This document shows, one piece after another, positions 19,555 through 29,581 of a stretch of 64,000 bases of DNA. Position numbers and translations under genes: made by a program. Position 1 is the first letter of the stretch; each line of letters opens with the position of its first letter. The stretch covers positions 1 to 64,000 of IMG/VR virus record IMGVR_UViG_3300010280_000442; one strand, 5' to 3'. The stretch is from a virus (Duplodnaviria > Heunggongvirae > Uroviricota > Caudoviricetes). The notes under the pieces were generated by a model. It was not told the origin of the DNA, made no database searches, and was given only the letters and a program-made list of their open reading frames with translations.

Positions 19555-20316
19555 TCACAGCGTCCACCACTTTGGCGTGACCTCCACGGCGGTGATGCCG
19601 CCCGTCCATGTGATCGTGTTGCGGCCGGCTGCCAGTGTCGGGAAATCATCACTTTTTATACTTCCGTTGCAAAAACCGGTTGCATTGTAAGCGTTGTGCG
19701 TTTCACAGTTCAGATCGACATAACCTCCGGTAAAACTATAAATGGTGATGGCGTTATCGCCCACATACAAAACCCCCTCGCTGCCCCCATACACCCGTAT
19801 TAAAGGTTTCGAGGGGAAAGCAAAGGGGTTCCGTATCGCTCCCGGAGAATTCAATTTGACCTTCCTCTGGCCGTCTACGCTCCATCTCTGCGGCTGGCAG
19901 TGGAAGGTAAGTTCCATTTTGGCCGCCTTATGGTTTGTTGTGGTTTCAAAGGCGATAGCGGATTTGCAGACAGCTAACCGGAAGAAGTCCGGGTCATAGG
20001 TGTCCTGGAGTTTCTGATAGCCCACTGGTGACAGGAGCCAGCTCTTCACAGCCTGCGTCTTGGCCGGCAGGCCACTAAAGAAAAACGCATCGTAGGTGAT
20101 ATCCAGGTTTTTATATCTTCGCTGCCCCTTCTTGGCGTTATCTGTGATGATATCGCCATTCTTCCCCGGCACTGTAGTCAGTTCCATATCGGATTCCGGC
20201 GAATCATACACTCCAGGCCCGGAAATATATAACAAAAACTCTGTGCTACTCTTTCCGGCAAAAGAAAAGGACTGCCTCTTAAACAGCCCCTTCCGTTCCA
20301 TATTTGTCAGTGGCAT
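19555..20316 (-). CDS. distal tail protein (Dit; Sipho_tail family)
   Basis: Position between the tape measure protein (TMP) and Tal. Size 253 aa. RBS GAAAGGAGGGGG before ATG MPLTNMERKGLFK. Siphovirus-tail-like composition. Confidence 0.65.
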   Translation of the reverse strand: MPLTNMERKGLFKRQSFSFAGKSSTEFLLYISGPGVYDSPESDMELTTVPGKNGDIITDNAKKGQRRYKNLDITYDAFFFSGLPAKTQAVKSWLLSPVGYQKLQDTYDPDFFRLAVCKSAIAFETTTNHKAAKMELTFHCQPQRWSVDGQRKVKLNSPGAIRNPFAFPSKPLIRVYGGSEGVLYVGDNAITIYSFTGGYVDLNCETHNAYNATGFCNGSIKSDDFPTLAAGRNTITWTGGITAVEVTPKWWTL

Positions 20317-20396
20317 AGCCCCCTCCTTTCTGAATTTTTGGGGTGCAAAAAAGCACCCTGGATTTGACTCCAAGGTGCTCTCAGCTCCGCCGATTA

Positions 20397-20798
20397 TTAC
20401 GTTAAATATTTCTCGCAGAATTCTTTCGCTGTGACAATTTCAATATTCTCAAAACGCTCCAATACCAGCAAATCCTTATCTCCGCTGACAATATACATGG
20501 CATGGGCGTCCTTTGCGCATCCGAGGAATTTATCATCATCCGGATCACGGCTCATTTTTACCTGAGTGACCGGTTCGATAATCTCCATCGCCCTAATCAG
20601 TGGAACAAGGATATCACGGTTCAAATGCCCCTGCTTCCGCCCAATCATCTCCTGAATGATTTCTTCATACTCATCCACAATCTCTGCTGTCGCGCACGCT
20701 GTCAGATTACTCCGCACAATCTCGCTCAATATCTTTCGGGGAAATCCTCCGAAAAACACTCCGGAAATCAGGACATTTGTATCTACTACGATCCTCAT
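20397..20798 (-). CDS. PIN-domain (VapC-like) toxin
   Basis: MRIVVDTNVLISG...D...CAKDAHAMYIVSGDKDL carries the acidic residues of a PIN domain. 4-nt overlap with the upstream antitoxin ORF. Confidence 0.75.
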   Translation of the reverse strand: MRIVVDTNVLISGVFFGGFPRKILSEIVRSNLTACATAEIVDEYEEIIQEMIGRKQGHLNRDILVPLIRAMEIIEPVTQVKMSRDPDDDKFLGCAKDAHAMYIVSGDKDLLVLERFENIEIVTAKEFCEKYLT

Positions 20799-21061
20799 TT
20801 CCTTTTGCTCCTTCGTACTGATTTAATGATATCATTTACATCTTCCTCGGCATAGCCGACAGAAGATGCCCACTCCTGCGCCCGGTCCATGGATGCCTCA
20901 AATTCCTCTGCTGTTGGCAGTTTCAATACCTTAAGCATAATCACATCCCCCGATGTGTACGCCACCAGTTTATCGCCTGTGTCAATCGATAGGGATTTGC
21001 GGATAGCAATGGGGAGAGAAATCTGACCTTTAGACGAAACCGTCAATACCTGCGTATTCAC
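20795..21061 (-). CDS. AbrB/MazE/SpoVT-type antitoxin
   Basis: Looped-hinge-helix motif SSKGQISLPIAIRKSL. GTG start with RBS GAAAGGAGGAG. Overlaps the PIN gene by 4 nt. Confidence 0.7.
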   Translation of the reverse strand: MNTQVLTVSSKGQISLPIAIRKSLSIDTGDKLVAYTSGDVIMLKVLKLPTAEEFEASMDRAQEWASSVGYAEEDVNDIIKSVRRSKRK

Positions 21062-21140
21062 AAAACACTCCTCCTTTCAAAGTAAGAATTTCTTACTTAT
21101 ATTATGCCACGGATGCGCCATGATATCAAGGCCTACGGAA
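21062..21140 (-). promoter_or_regulatory. promoter (TTGATA-N17-CATAAT) plus palindromic operator AAGTAAGAAATTCTTACTT for the AbrB-PIN module
   Basis: Read from the minus strand. The perfect 19-bp palindrome between the -10 element and the RBS fits autoregulation by the AbrB-type antitoxin. Confidence 0.4.
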
Positions 21141-21189
21141 AAATTTACAAACAATTCACAGACACTCCAACCGGACGTACAGCCCCGCA

Positions 21190-24100
21190 TTACTTGAACA
21201 CCGAGCCGTCCTCATCCAGCATTTCATTGATCTTATTTGCCACCATCGACGCGAGCGCGTCATCATCCCGCACGTTGTAGCCGTTCACGGTCAGATGAAT
21301 GCCGCCCATATTGATGGTCCTTTGGTTATTGTTCGTAGTGGTCGTCGTACCGCCGCCCGCTAGTGCCAGTTCCGGCAGACGCAGGCCGTCAAGCCCCAGG
21401 CTGCCGATATCAGGCAGCCTGAATTCCGGGAAATCAAACTCCGGCAGTTCCTCAATGCCGAGACCATGCATCATCTCCCGGATCTTGCCGGTCATGGCCT
21501 TTACCTTGTCCAGCACAGAGCCGGCGTTACCGCTGATCCCCTTCGCCAGCAGGTCCATGAAGTCCGGCATATACTCATCCGCGTCAGACAGCGGCCCGGT
21601 ATCCGGCACGGAGAAATGGATCAGACTCTTGATCTTGCTCGCCAGAGATTTTGCTGCGTTGATCACCGAGCTTGCCGCTGACTTTACGCCCGCCGCCATC
21701 TGGGAACAGATATCCTTGCCCCAGCTGTATGCGGAAGACGCGAGGGAACTGAGGCTGCCAAAGCTGCTCTTGATCCCCGCAACTGCGGAAGATACCACCG
21801 ATTTCAGGCTGTTCATGGCCGACGATGTGACACTCTTCACGCTGTTCCACACTGTGGTTATGCCATTCTTGATGCCGTTCCAAACGGTAGTGGTCACGGT
21901 CTTAATACCGTTCCATGCGGAAGACACCACATTTTTAATTACCGGCAGCACAGTACTGGTTACAGACTTGATGGCATTCCATACGCTCTGTATTTCAGAC
22001 TTGATGCTCCTCCAGTGTGTTACCGTATAGGACAGGACGCTGGCCCAGCCCCCGGACACAGAAGCCGCCAGCCCCACGAGGGAACTGGAACTTGTGGATT
22101 TGATGACGTTCCAAGCTGTGCTGACGGTATTCCTGATTTTCTCCCACCCGCTGGAGGTGTCAGATGCCATCTCTGTCGTGGAGGTTTTCAGCACCTTTGC
22201 CATCTCAGAAGCAAGCTGGGTAACTTCCTGGACTACACTTCCAGAGTTGCCGCTGATCCCATCCGCTAGTAGCTGCATGAAATCCGGCATATAGGAATCT
22301 GCGTTGGAAAGCGGTCCCGTTTCCGGCACAGAGAAGCCGATGATGTCATCGATCTCGCTGGCAAGCTCCCTCGCCTGGGCAAGCACTGCTTCTTTATTTG
22401 CCGCAATTCCCGCCGCCATCTGCCTGCAGATATCTGCGCCCCAGGTGTAGGCGTCACTGACAAGGCTGGAGAAGGTGCTGCGGAAGCTCTCACTGATGGC
22501 ATTTAAGCCAGAGCTTACCGTGGTTTTCAGGCTGTTCATGCCGTTTGACACAGCGGTCTTGATCTCGCTCATGGCAGCGATCACGGTATTTTTGATACTG
22601 CTCCAGCTGGTACTGGTATTGCTGTTGACGGCAGTCCATGTGTTAGCGATGGTGTTCTTAATAACGCCCATAGCCGTAGAGTTATTATTTTTCATTGCCG
22701 TCAGGGAAGCAGTGATTGTGCTGCTGATGCTGCTCCACTGGCTTGCGGTGCTGGATTTTACCGAATCCCAGGAACTGTCTACGGCGGATTTCACCGCGTT
22801 CGCCGCCTTGGACACATTGGTCTGGATGGCACTCCAGTCCGTATCCAGGTTGCCGGTAACTGCTGACCACGCTTTCTTTGCGGAAGCCTCTACACCGTTC
22901 CATACGGAATCCAGCGCGCTTTTCATCCCGGACGCCGATGTAGTAACAGCGGACTGGATACCCTGCCAGGAGGCGGAAACGTTGCTTCGGATGTTTGCCC
23001 ATGCCATAGTTGCGGTCTGAGAGACGCTGCTCCAGACCGTTGATAGGCCGCTATTCATGCCCGTAGCGGATGTCCCCACCGTCTGCACCACAGCCTGTAC
23101 CTTCTCCGCCACAGTGGACCGGATACTCTCCCATGCGGCCGCCGTGGAAGTCTTCAGCCCGTTCCACGCCCCATCCAGCGCCGTCCCAATGCCGGAGGAT
23201 GCAGAAGTGACGGTATCCGTGATAGCGTTCCAACTTTGGGTAAAGGCCGTCTGGACACCCTGCATGGAGCTCGTAATGGCGTTTGAAAGGCTTTCCGCCA
23301 GTCCATTGGCCGCCTCGGTTACCACGGAGATATTTCCGGTGATGCCCTCTGCAAGACCATTCATAAAATCCGGCATCCAGCTTTCAAAGTCGGTAAGCGG
23401 GCCTTCATCTGGCACAGAGAAGTGAAGCACTGACCGGATTTTGTCCGCAACGCTGGTAACAGCGCTGGTCACAGAACTGATACAGGATTTGATGCCATTG
23501 ACAATACCGTTAATGATGTCGGCGCCCCAGTTGAACGCGGAGGAAGCCAGACCCTTTATATAGGAAACAGCGGAGTTAAACCCAGTCTGGATCGTGGATT
23601 TAATCCCGCTGATTTTACTGGAAACGGCACTTTTCACGCTGTCCCACATGGAGGAAACATTGGATTTAATCCCGTTCATCGCTGTGGAAACTGCGCTTTT
23701 TGCGCTGTTAAAGCCGCTGGTCACAACAGATTTGATTCCGTTTACCACTGTTGAAACAGCCGTTTTGATGCTGTTCCAGATGGAAGAAACCGTGCTCTGG
23801 ATTCCGGCCATTACAGAGGAAATCTGAGTTTTGATAGCGTTCCATGCTGTGGTCACTGTGGTCTGGATAGCGGTCAGTACCGCGGAGATCGCAGTGCTGA
23901 TGGCACCCCATGCCACCGCCAGAGCCGTCTGCAAAGCTGTCATTACAGTCGTAACCGTCGTACTGATGGCGTTCCATGCCGTGGACACAGCGGTCTGGAT
24001 GGCAGTCAAAACTGTACTTATTGCTGTGGATATGGCCGTCCACACCGTCTGCATGGTCGTCTGGATGCTCTGCAGAAGCGGCGTCAGGAAAGCAACGATG

Positions 24101-26763
24101 GCATTCCAGATTTCAGAGACTTTCGTCTGGATCGCTGTTAGCGCATTGCCGATCAGTATCTGGATCGCCTGCCAGATGGTTTCAAACAGATACCGGAATG
24201 CCTCCAGCAACGGCGAAATCGTGCTGTAGATTGCATTCCATACTGTGGTGATTGTCGTCTGGATTGCTGTCATAACGGTAGAGATCGCCGTGCTGATCGC
24301 ATTCCATACCGTGCTTACTGTTGTCTGGATTGTATTTAAAACGGCAGAGACCGCCGTGGAAATGGCTGTCCATACCGTAGAAATGGTATTCTGGATCGTA
24401 CCCATCACGGAGGTTACCGCCCCGCTGATGGCGCTCCAAATGGTTGTAAACGTGGTCTGGATGGCTGTCAATATCGTGGTAAAGAAACTGCTGACCGCAT
24501 TCCACACAGTCGTTGCAACGCTCTGGATGCCTGTAAGCACACCCGAGAAAAAGCTGCTGATGCCGTTCCAGACTCCCTCGAAGAAGGTTTTGATACTGCT
24601 CCACACACTGTTCCAATCCGTACCGAACCAGCCGAGGAATACGTCCACGACCCCCTTTAACGTATCAAGCACTGTAGACAGTGTGCTTTTAATGAATTCC
24701 CATGCGCCGGAGAATATCTGCTTCACGCCGTCCCATGCTCCCTGCCAGTCCCCGGTAAATACGCCGATAAACACAGAGAGCAGCCCGGACAGGGTGTTCA
24801 GTACCACGCTCAGCACGTTGGAGATAACCTGGAACGCCCCTTCAAAAACAGGGGCCAACACCGAGCAGAAACCGTTCCATACCGCTTTCAGCACATCGGT
24901 GACGGACTGGAAGTCAAATCCCAGCGAATTCAGCTTGTCTGTGATTTCCTGGGCAAATGTCGCAAACGTTTCCTTGATGCCGTTCCATATCTCCGTGATA
25001 GCTGTACGGAATTCTTCGTTGGTGTTCCACAGCGTCATAAACGCCGCCACCAGCGTCCCGATGACTGCCACTGCCGCTACTACCGGCGCCGATATCCCGC
25101 CGAGCGCCGCACCGAGCTTCCCAAGTAATCCGGATGTGCTTCCTACCTTTGTACCAAGCGCCGCTATTTTTGTCCCCAGGGACGCAAACGCTTTCATGGT
25201 ACTTCCTGTTACCGTGTTGATCTTTCCGAGTATGACAAGCGCCGGCCCCAGCGCAGCCACAAACAGCCCGATCTGGATAATGGTCTGTCTTGTCCCCTCA
25301 TCCATGCTGTTGAGTTTATCTACGAAAGCCTGCACCTTCTCCACCACAGATTTAACCATGGGCAGTAAAGCCTCACCAAAAGAAATAGCCAGCCCTTCTA
25401 TGGCTGACTTTAAAATGGTGATCTGTCCGTTTAGGTTATTCAGCTGGGTATCCGCCATCTGCTGGGCGGCGCCGCCGCTGTTGGTAATGGACTGCTGGAG
25501 GTCATCCCAGGTGTTGCCGGTGTTGGCAAGCAGGGCGTTTACAGAGGCAAGGTCAGTCTTATTGAAGATGGTGGAGATGATGTTGTCCTTCTCCGCCGAG
25601 GTCATCCCGTCGAGGCTGGTGTTCAGATCGCCCAGGATTTCGTTCAGGGAGCGCATGTTTCCCTCGGAATCGTATACCTGTAGTCCCAGGTCCTCCATAC
25701 AGCCCGCAGCCGTATCCGTAGGCGACTGGAGGGACAGGATCACGTTGCGCAGATGGGTGCCGCCCTCCGCCCCTTTGATGCCGTTATTGGCGAGGATACC
25801 AAGAGCCGTGTTCAGCTCCGCCGTACCACCCTTGATGGATTTCGCAGTCGCGCCGATTTTCAGGATGCCTTCGCCCAGCTGTGCAACAGAAGTATTGGTA
25901 GAAGACGCCGTTTTCGCCATTTGGTCTACCATCTTATCCGCCTCATCGGTTTCCATACCGAGGGCGGACATGGCGTCCGTCACCATATCCGATGCGGAGG
26001 CAAGGTCGATACTGCCCGCCGCCGCAAGGTTCAGGACAGTCGGGAGTGTATCCGCCATCTGCTGTGTGTCATAGCCCGCCAACGCAAGGTAATTTAATGC
26101 CTCAGCGCACTCAGACGCAGAGAACGCTGTGGTGGCGCCCATCTCCTTGGCAAGGTCAGACAGGGCGTCCATCGTGTTTACCGTCTCGCCGTTCAGCTCG
26201 GACATATCATCCGATGTGATGCCCATCGTGGCCTGCACCTGGCTCATGGCAGACTCGAAAGATGCCGCAGTTGTTACAGCAGCTGTTCCAAGGGCCGTCA
26301 CGGCGGCAGAAGCCACGGACACCTTCTTGCCCACATTGGTAATGGAAGTGCCGGCCTTTTCCAGCTTATCCCCGACTTCGGAAATCTTAAGAAGGGCAGT
26401 GTTACATTTCGCCGCCTGGGATTCCAGCGACTTTAAGGCTTCCTCCGTCGCAACGATCTCACGCTGGAGGGAATCGTACTGCTCCTGCGTGATCTCTCCC
26501 TTCTGAAGCTGCTCGTTTGCCTGTTCCGCAGCGGTCTTTAAGGTTGTGAGTTTTTCCTTTGTCGCTTCAATCTCCTGCGTCAGCAGTTTCTGCTTCTGGG
26601 TAAGGAGCTGCACATTGGTCGGGTCGAGCTTTAAGAGTTTCTCCACGTCCTTTAGCTGCGTCTGGGTGGATTTGATATTGGAATTGACATCTTTTAACGC
26701 AGACGAGAGTTTTGTGGTATCGCCGCCAATCTCGACGGTTATTCCAGCGATTCGTGAAGCCAT
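21190..26763 (-). CDS. tail tape measure protein (TMP), 1857 aa
   Basis: N-terminal coiled coil (MASRIAGITVEIGGDTTKLSSALKDVNSNIKSTQ...). Very long runs of degenerate ISTVWNAISTAVS-type repeats. Lies between the tail assembly chaperone (TAC) and Dit. Confidence 0.85.
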   Translation of the reverse strand: MASRIAGITVEIGGDTTKLSSALKDVNSNIKSTQTQLKDVEKLLKLDPTNVQLLTQKQKLLTQEIEATKEKLTTLKTAAEQANEQLQKGEITQEQYDSLQREIVATEEALKSLESQAAKCNTALLKISEVGDKLEKAGTSITNVGKKVSVASAAVTALGTAAVTTAASFESAMSQVQATMGITSDDMSELNGETVNTMDALSDLAKEMGATTAFSASECAEALNYLALAGYDTQQMADTLPTVLNLAAAGSIDLASASDMVTDAMSALGMETDEADKMVDQMAKTASSTNTSVAQLGEGILKIGATAKSIKGGTAELNTALGILANNGIKGAEGGTHLRNVILSLQSPTDTAAGCMEDLGLQVYDSEGNMRSLNEILGDLNTSLDGMTSAEKDNIISTIFNKTDLASVNALLANTGNTWDDLQQSITNSGGAAQQMADTQLNNLNGQITILKSAIEGLAISFGEALLPMVKSVVEKVQAFVDKLNSMDEGTRQTIIQIGLFVAALGPALVILGKINTVTGSTMKAFASLGTKIAALGTKVGSTSGLLGKLGAALGGISAPVVAAVAVIGTLVAAFMTLWNTNEEFRTAITEIWNGIKETFATFAQEITDKLNSLGFDFQSVTDVLKAVWNGFCSVLAPVFEGAFQVISNVLSVVLNTLSGLLSVFIGVFTGDWQGAWDGVKQIFSGAWEFIKSTLSTVLDTLKGVVDVFLGWFGTDWNSVWSSIKTFFEGVWNGISSFFSGVLTGIQSVATTVWNAVSSFFTTILTAIQTTFTTIWSAISGAVTSVMGTIQNTISTVWTAISTAVSAVLNTIQTTVSTVWNAISTAISTVMTAIQTTITTVWNAIYSTISPLLEAFRYLFETIWQAIQILIGNALTAIQTKVSEIWNAIVAFLTPLLQSIQTTMQTVWTAISTAISTVLTAIQTAVSTAWNAISTTVTTVMTALQTALAVAWGAISTAISAVLTAIQTTVTTAWNAIKTQISSVMAGIQSTVSSIWNSIKTAVSTVVNGIKSVVTSGFNSAKSAVSTAMNGIKSNVSSMWDSVKSAVSSKISGIKSTIQTGFNSAVSYIKGLASSAFNWGADIINGIVNGIKSCISSVTSAVTSVADKIRSVLHFSVPDEGPLTDFESWMPDFMNGLAEGITGNISVVTEAANGLAESLSNAITSSMQGVQTAFTQSWNAITDTVTSASSGIGTALDGAWNGLKTSTAAAWESIRSTVAEKVQAVVQTVGTSATGMNSGLSTVWSSVSQTATMAWANIRSNVSASWQGIQSAVTTSASGMKSALDSVWNGVEASAKKAWSAVTGNLDTDWSAIQTNVSKAANAVKSAVDSSWDSVKSSTASQWSSISSTITASLTAMKNNNSTAMGVIKNTIANTWTAVNSNTSTSWSSIKNTVIAAMSEIKTAVSNGMNSLKTTVSSGLNAISESFRSTFSSLVSDAYTWGADICRQMAAGIAANKEAVLAQARELASEIDDIIGFSVPETGPLSNADSYMPDFMQLLADGISGNSGSVVQEVTQLASEMAKVLKTSTTEMASDTSSGWEKIRNTVSTAWNVIKSTSSSSLVGLAASVSGGWASVLSYTVTHWRSIKSEIQSVWNAIKSVTSTVLPVIKNVVSSAWNGIKTVTTTVWNGIKNGITTVWNSVKSVTSSAMNSLKSVVSSAVAGIKSSFGSLSSLASSAYSWGKDICSQMAAGVKSAASSVINAAKSLASKIKSLIHFSVPDTGPLSDADEYMPDFMDLLAKGISGNAGSVLDKVKAMTGKIREMMHGLGIEELPEFDFPEFRLPDIGSLGLDGLRLPELALAGGGTTTTTNNNQRTINMGGIHLTVNGYNVRDDDALASMVANKINEMLDEDGSVFK

Positions 26764-26974
26764 GTCCTGAGCACCTCCTTTCCCACATGAACAAAAATAT
26801 CAAAAAGCAAACAAAACAAAATCCCGGATTCCTCCGGGATCAAACGATTTCTTGAACTATACTTCCAGATTGGCCCATAGGTGGCACGTAAAAAACACCT
26901 TCTGTACTGAATTTTTTTGCCAAAGTAGCATATAATATTTAAGGAACTATTTGTTCAGACCGGCGCAAGGGGCT

Positions 26975-27007
26975 TGACTTTTGCACTTTTTTCTGCTACA
27001 ATACGTT
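26975..27007 (+). promoter_or_regulatory. sigma70-type promoter for the Abi cassette (TTGACT-N17-TACAAT)
   Basis: CTTGACTTTTGCACTTTTTTCTGCTACAATACG, about 100 nt upstream of the Abi ATG. Confidence 0.5.
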
Positions 27008-27110
27008 CCAGTGATCAGGTTTCAGATACTCGCGAGGACTGAGACCGGGGGAGGACCTGAGGGCCCTCCTTTTTTATTTGAGTCACGAATAACTTTATGA
27101 GCGTGATAAA

Positions 27111-28043
27111 ATGTCGAAACCTTTTCTTACATACGAACAGCAAATTCAAAAGCTGACCGTAGATAAAAAACTAATAATTAATGATACTGTCTCGGCAAAG
27201 GCAGCCTTGGAAAATATCGGCTATTTTTCTCTCATTGGAGGCTATAAAACTCCTTTTATTAACCCAATGACCAGAATTTATGAACATACCGCATTTGAAG
27301 ATATTTTTGCGCTCTATACGTTTGACCGAGGTTTAAGAGAACTGACTTTCAAATATCTGTGCGAAATTGAGCAGAAAATACGTCAGCTGATTTCTTACAG
27401 TTTTTGCAGCCAGCACGGAGAACAACAAGTTTTTTATTTAACCTCTTCCTGTTATAACCTTACCAAAAAGAATACAAGAGATATCACGAAGCTCATTTCA
27501 ATTCTGGACTACCATGCGAATAAGAACACTGAACATGCGTATTTGGTTCATCAGCGTAAAGTATACAATAATGTACCTCTATGGGTTGTGATAAATGCAC
27601 TTACATTTGGACAAAGTTCTAAATTCTATAGCTTATTGCCATATAACATGCAGAGCAATATTAGCAAATCCTATGACCATATAAACGAAAAGAATTTAGA
27701 ACGTTATCTAAAAAACCTAACTCTTTTCCGCAATGTATGCGCCCACAATGAACGCCTTTATAATTTCCGTCTGCAGGTAGATTTTCCTGATACAATTCTC
27801 CACTTGAAAATGGGAATTCCTAAAGTCGGAATACAATATACACAAGGGAAACGGGACTATTTTGGCCTTGTTATCGCTTTCCGCTATCTTTTATCTAAAG
27901 AAAGCTTCAAGGATTATAAAAAATCATTAACCCGCTTAATTAATTCGTACTGTAAAACCAGTACTCGTATTTCAAAAAGTAAGCTTCTAGACACAATGGG
28001 ACTCCCTGAAAACTGGGAAAACATCACCCGATATAAACTGTAA
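27111..28043 (+). CDS. Abi (abortive infection) family protein, Abi_2 / AbiD-AbiF-like
   Basis: Conserved C-terminal FRNVCAHNERLYN motif and the general Abi_2 layout. AT-rich gene, far lower GC than the phage backbone. Opposite strand to the structural genes. Confidence 0.8.
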   Translation: MSKPFLTYEQQIQKLTVDKKLIINDTVSAKAALENIGYFSLIGGYKTPFINPMTRIYEHTAFEDIFALYTFDRGLRELTFKYLCEIEQKIRQLISYSFCSQHGEQQVFYLTSSCYNLTKKNTRDITKLISILDYHANKNTEHAYLVHQRKVYNNVPLWVVINALTFGQSSKFYSLLPYNMQSNISKSYDHINEKNLERYLKNLTLFRNVCAHNERLYNFRLQVDFPDTILHLKMGIPKVGIQYTQGKRDYFGLVIAFRYLLSKESFKDYKKSLTRLINSYCKTSTRISKSKLLDTMGLPENWENITRYKL

Positions 28044-28085
28044 CGGCACGTTGCCCCGCCCAACCAAATGAAAAAGCTGGGTGGG
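28044..28085 (+). terminator. intrinsic terminator (hairpin CCCACCC...GCTGGGTGGGG then ATTTTTC), copy 1
   Basis: Immediately after the Abi stop. The same hairpin recurs at 29059 and 30811. Confidence 0.6.
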
Positions 28086-28207
28086 GATTTTTCATGCCGT
28101 CAGAAAACGTCAAAGTCGTGCTGAGAAGCGAGATCTTTGTATGGGTAAGAATCGTTCATGCTCTCAGTGAACAGATCGTTGACCAAACCGATAGTGAGCA
28201 GATCGAG
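28050..28207 (+). repeat. direct repeat R1 (truncated, about 158 bp): copy of the 3' region downstream of the tail assembly chaperone gene, including the terminator
   Basis: Near-identical by eye to 29063-29215 and 30818-30975 (CCAACCAAATGAAAAAGCTGGGTGGGGATTTTTCATGCC...GATCGAGGTC). Confidence 0.8.
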
Positions 28208-28333
28208 GTCATAGAAATAATAAAAAAATCCTGTTAACTGCGCATAAAATATTACGACGCACTATTTCAAAATCAGTCATTCATTTGCAAAACCAACGCA
28301 ATAAATTTATCAGTTTTTTCGCTGATAAACCTG

Positions 28334-28362
28334 TTGATATTTTATAAAATTCGTGCTATACT
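28334..28362 (+). promoter_or_regulatory. promoter TTGATA-N17-TATACT with upstream palindrome TTATCAG-N9-CTGATAA (candidate Phd operator)
   Basis: Read from sequence just upstream of the phd RBS GAAAGGAG. Confidence 0.45.
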
Positions 28363-28382
28363 ATAGCCAGAGAAAGGAGTTG

Positions 28383-28712
28383 ATGATCATGGGTTCTGTT
28401 TTAAGTGCAATTACTAACACTATTCCGATTTCCCTCTTCAACCGCGGTCTTGCTGGTAAGATTTTTGAAGAAGTCAAGCAGTGCGGTGCAAAGGTTGTTA
28501 TGAAAAACAACACCGCCGAATGCGTTTTGCTTTCTCCCGATGAATATGTGCGCTTGATGGATGAAATAAATGACGCTCGCCTGCTGGCTATCGCCACTGA
28601 GCGTATGGCGCATTACGATCCTTCCACTGTCATCTCTGGTGACGAAATGAACCGCCGTCTTGGTATTACCGATGAAGACCTTGCCGGTTATGACGAGGTG
28701 GAACTCGAATGA
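28383..28712 (+). CDS. Phd/YefM-family type II antitoxin
   Basis: AKVVMKNNTAECVLLSPDEYVRLMDE matches Phd/YefM. Start at ATG 5 nt after the RBS; ATG codons at 28353 and 28389 are alternatives. 4-nt overlap with the toxin gene. Confidence 0.75.
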   Translation: MIMGSVLSAITNTIPISLFNRGLAGKIFEEVKQCGAKVVMKNNTAECVLLSPDEYVRLMDEINDARLLAIATERMAHYDPSTVISGDEMNRRLGITDEDLAGYDEVELE

Positions 28713-29044
28713 ACTGGAAACTTGCCTATCTACCTGAAGCTGAAAAAGACCTGAAAGCCCTGGATGGCAGCCAGCGCATCCTTGTCCTAAAAGCAATTAA
28801 GAAGGTTCAGCAAAACCCTCTGCCTGCCGATGAGAACGGATATGGAAAACCTCTTGGGAACCAGAACGGAACAAGTCTTGTCGGTTTTCTCAAAATCAAA
28901 CTCAAATCTGCCGGATTGCGTGTTGTTTACAAACTTCAGCGCACTGAAAATGCAATGCTCGTCATTGTAATAGGTGTCAGAGCTGATGAAGAGGTCTATG
29001 AGATTGCTCAGAAACGCTCCATTAAACACAATCTTCTTGACTGA
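28709..29044 (+). CDS. RelE/ParE-family type II toxin
   Basis: MNWKLAYLPEAEKDLKALDGSQRILVLKAIKKVQQNP...LRVVYKL...MLVIVIGVRADEEVY matches the RelE/StbE fold. ATGA overlap with phd. Confidence 0.8.
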   Translation: MNWKLAYLPEAEKDLKALDGSQRILVLKAIKKVQQNPLPADENGYGKPLGNQNGTSLVGFLKIKLKSAGLRVVYKLQRTENAMLVIVIGVRADEEVYEIAQKRSIKHNLLD

Positions 29045-29054
29045 TAAGCCAAGA

Positions 29055-29485
29055 ATTCCCCCACCCAACCAAATGAAAAAGCTGGGTGGGGATTTTTCAT
29101 GCCATCAGAAAACGTCAAAGTCATGCTGAGAAGCCAGGTCTTTGTATGGATAAGAGTCATTTATGCTCTCAGTGAACAGATCGTTGACCAAACCGATAGT
29201 GAGCAGATCGAGGTCTCGGATACTGATGCCTAACTGGACACATCGAAGCAGGAACAGCGGCGTTGTCATTTCACGCTCACTTTTGCGAGGTTTTTTTCGC
29301 ATCCACCTGCGTCTGCACGTTCAGCCCCCACAGGTCGATCAGTTCAGGAAGGATCTGATAAATACTGAAAGTATTGAACTGCTCCAGCCACTCGTCCGGC
29401 TCAGACGGTACTCCCTTGGGGTCCGCGTGCTTCGCCATGATATAAGCGATATTTTCAAAGAGCTCCAGACTGAATAGGACTTTTC
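29055..29485 (+). repeat. direct repeat R2 (about 430 bp): copy of the C-terminal ~72 codons of the tail assembly chaperone, the frameshift-extension region and the terminator
   Basis: Aligns base-for-base by eye with 30810-31235 apart from a few mismatches and a T7 run (29291-29297) where R3 has T8. Begins with terminator hairpin 29059-29098. Confidence 0.85.
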
Positions 29486-29581
29486 TTTGGACTTTTTGAA
29501 ATTAACAAGCAGAATTTCATCCGAATCATTCACTTTTTCCAATTTTATGAATTTTGCTCCTTACTATATTTTCAGAAAAAC

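Noticed and set aside
24245-26074. 609-aa plus-strand ORF, and many other 100-500-aa plus-strand ORFs (e.g. 22475-23020, 14063-14827, 15944-16735, 11668-12531, 47917-49017, 49317-50369, 50197-51765)
   Set aside because: They lie entirely antisense inside well-supported minus-strand genes (tape measure, fibre, GGCT/amidoligase), have no RBS and translate to low-complexity Ala/Val/Ser/Thr-rich sequence typical of shadow ORFs in GC-rich DNA.
29105-29302. ORFs inside repeat R2 (29105-29302 minus; 29163-29477 plus) and the plus-strand ORFs 30915-31121 and 31015-31230
   Set aside because: They are remnants or antisense shadows of the duplicated tail-chaperone 3' end (the R2 frame is only open because of a T7 versus T8 difference); not independent genes.
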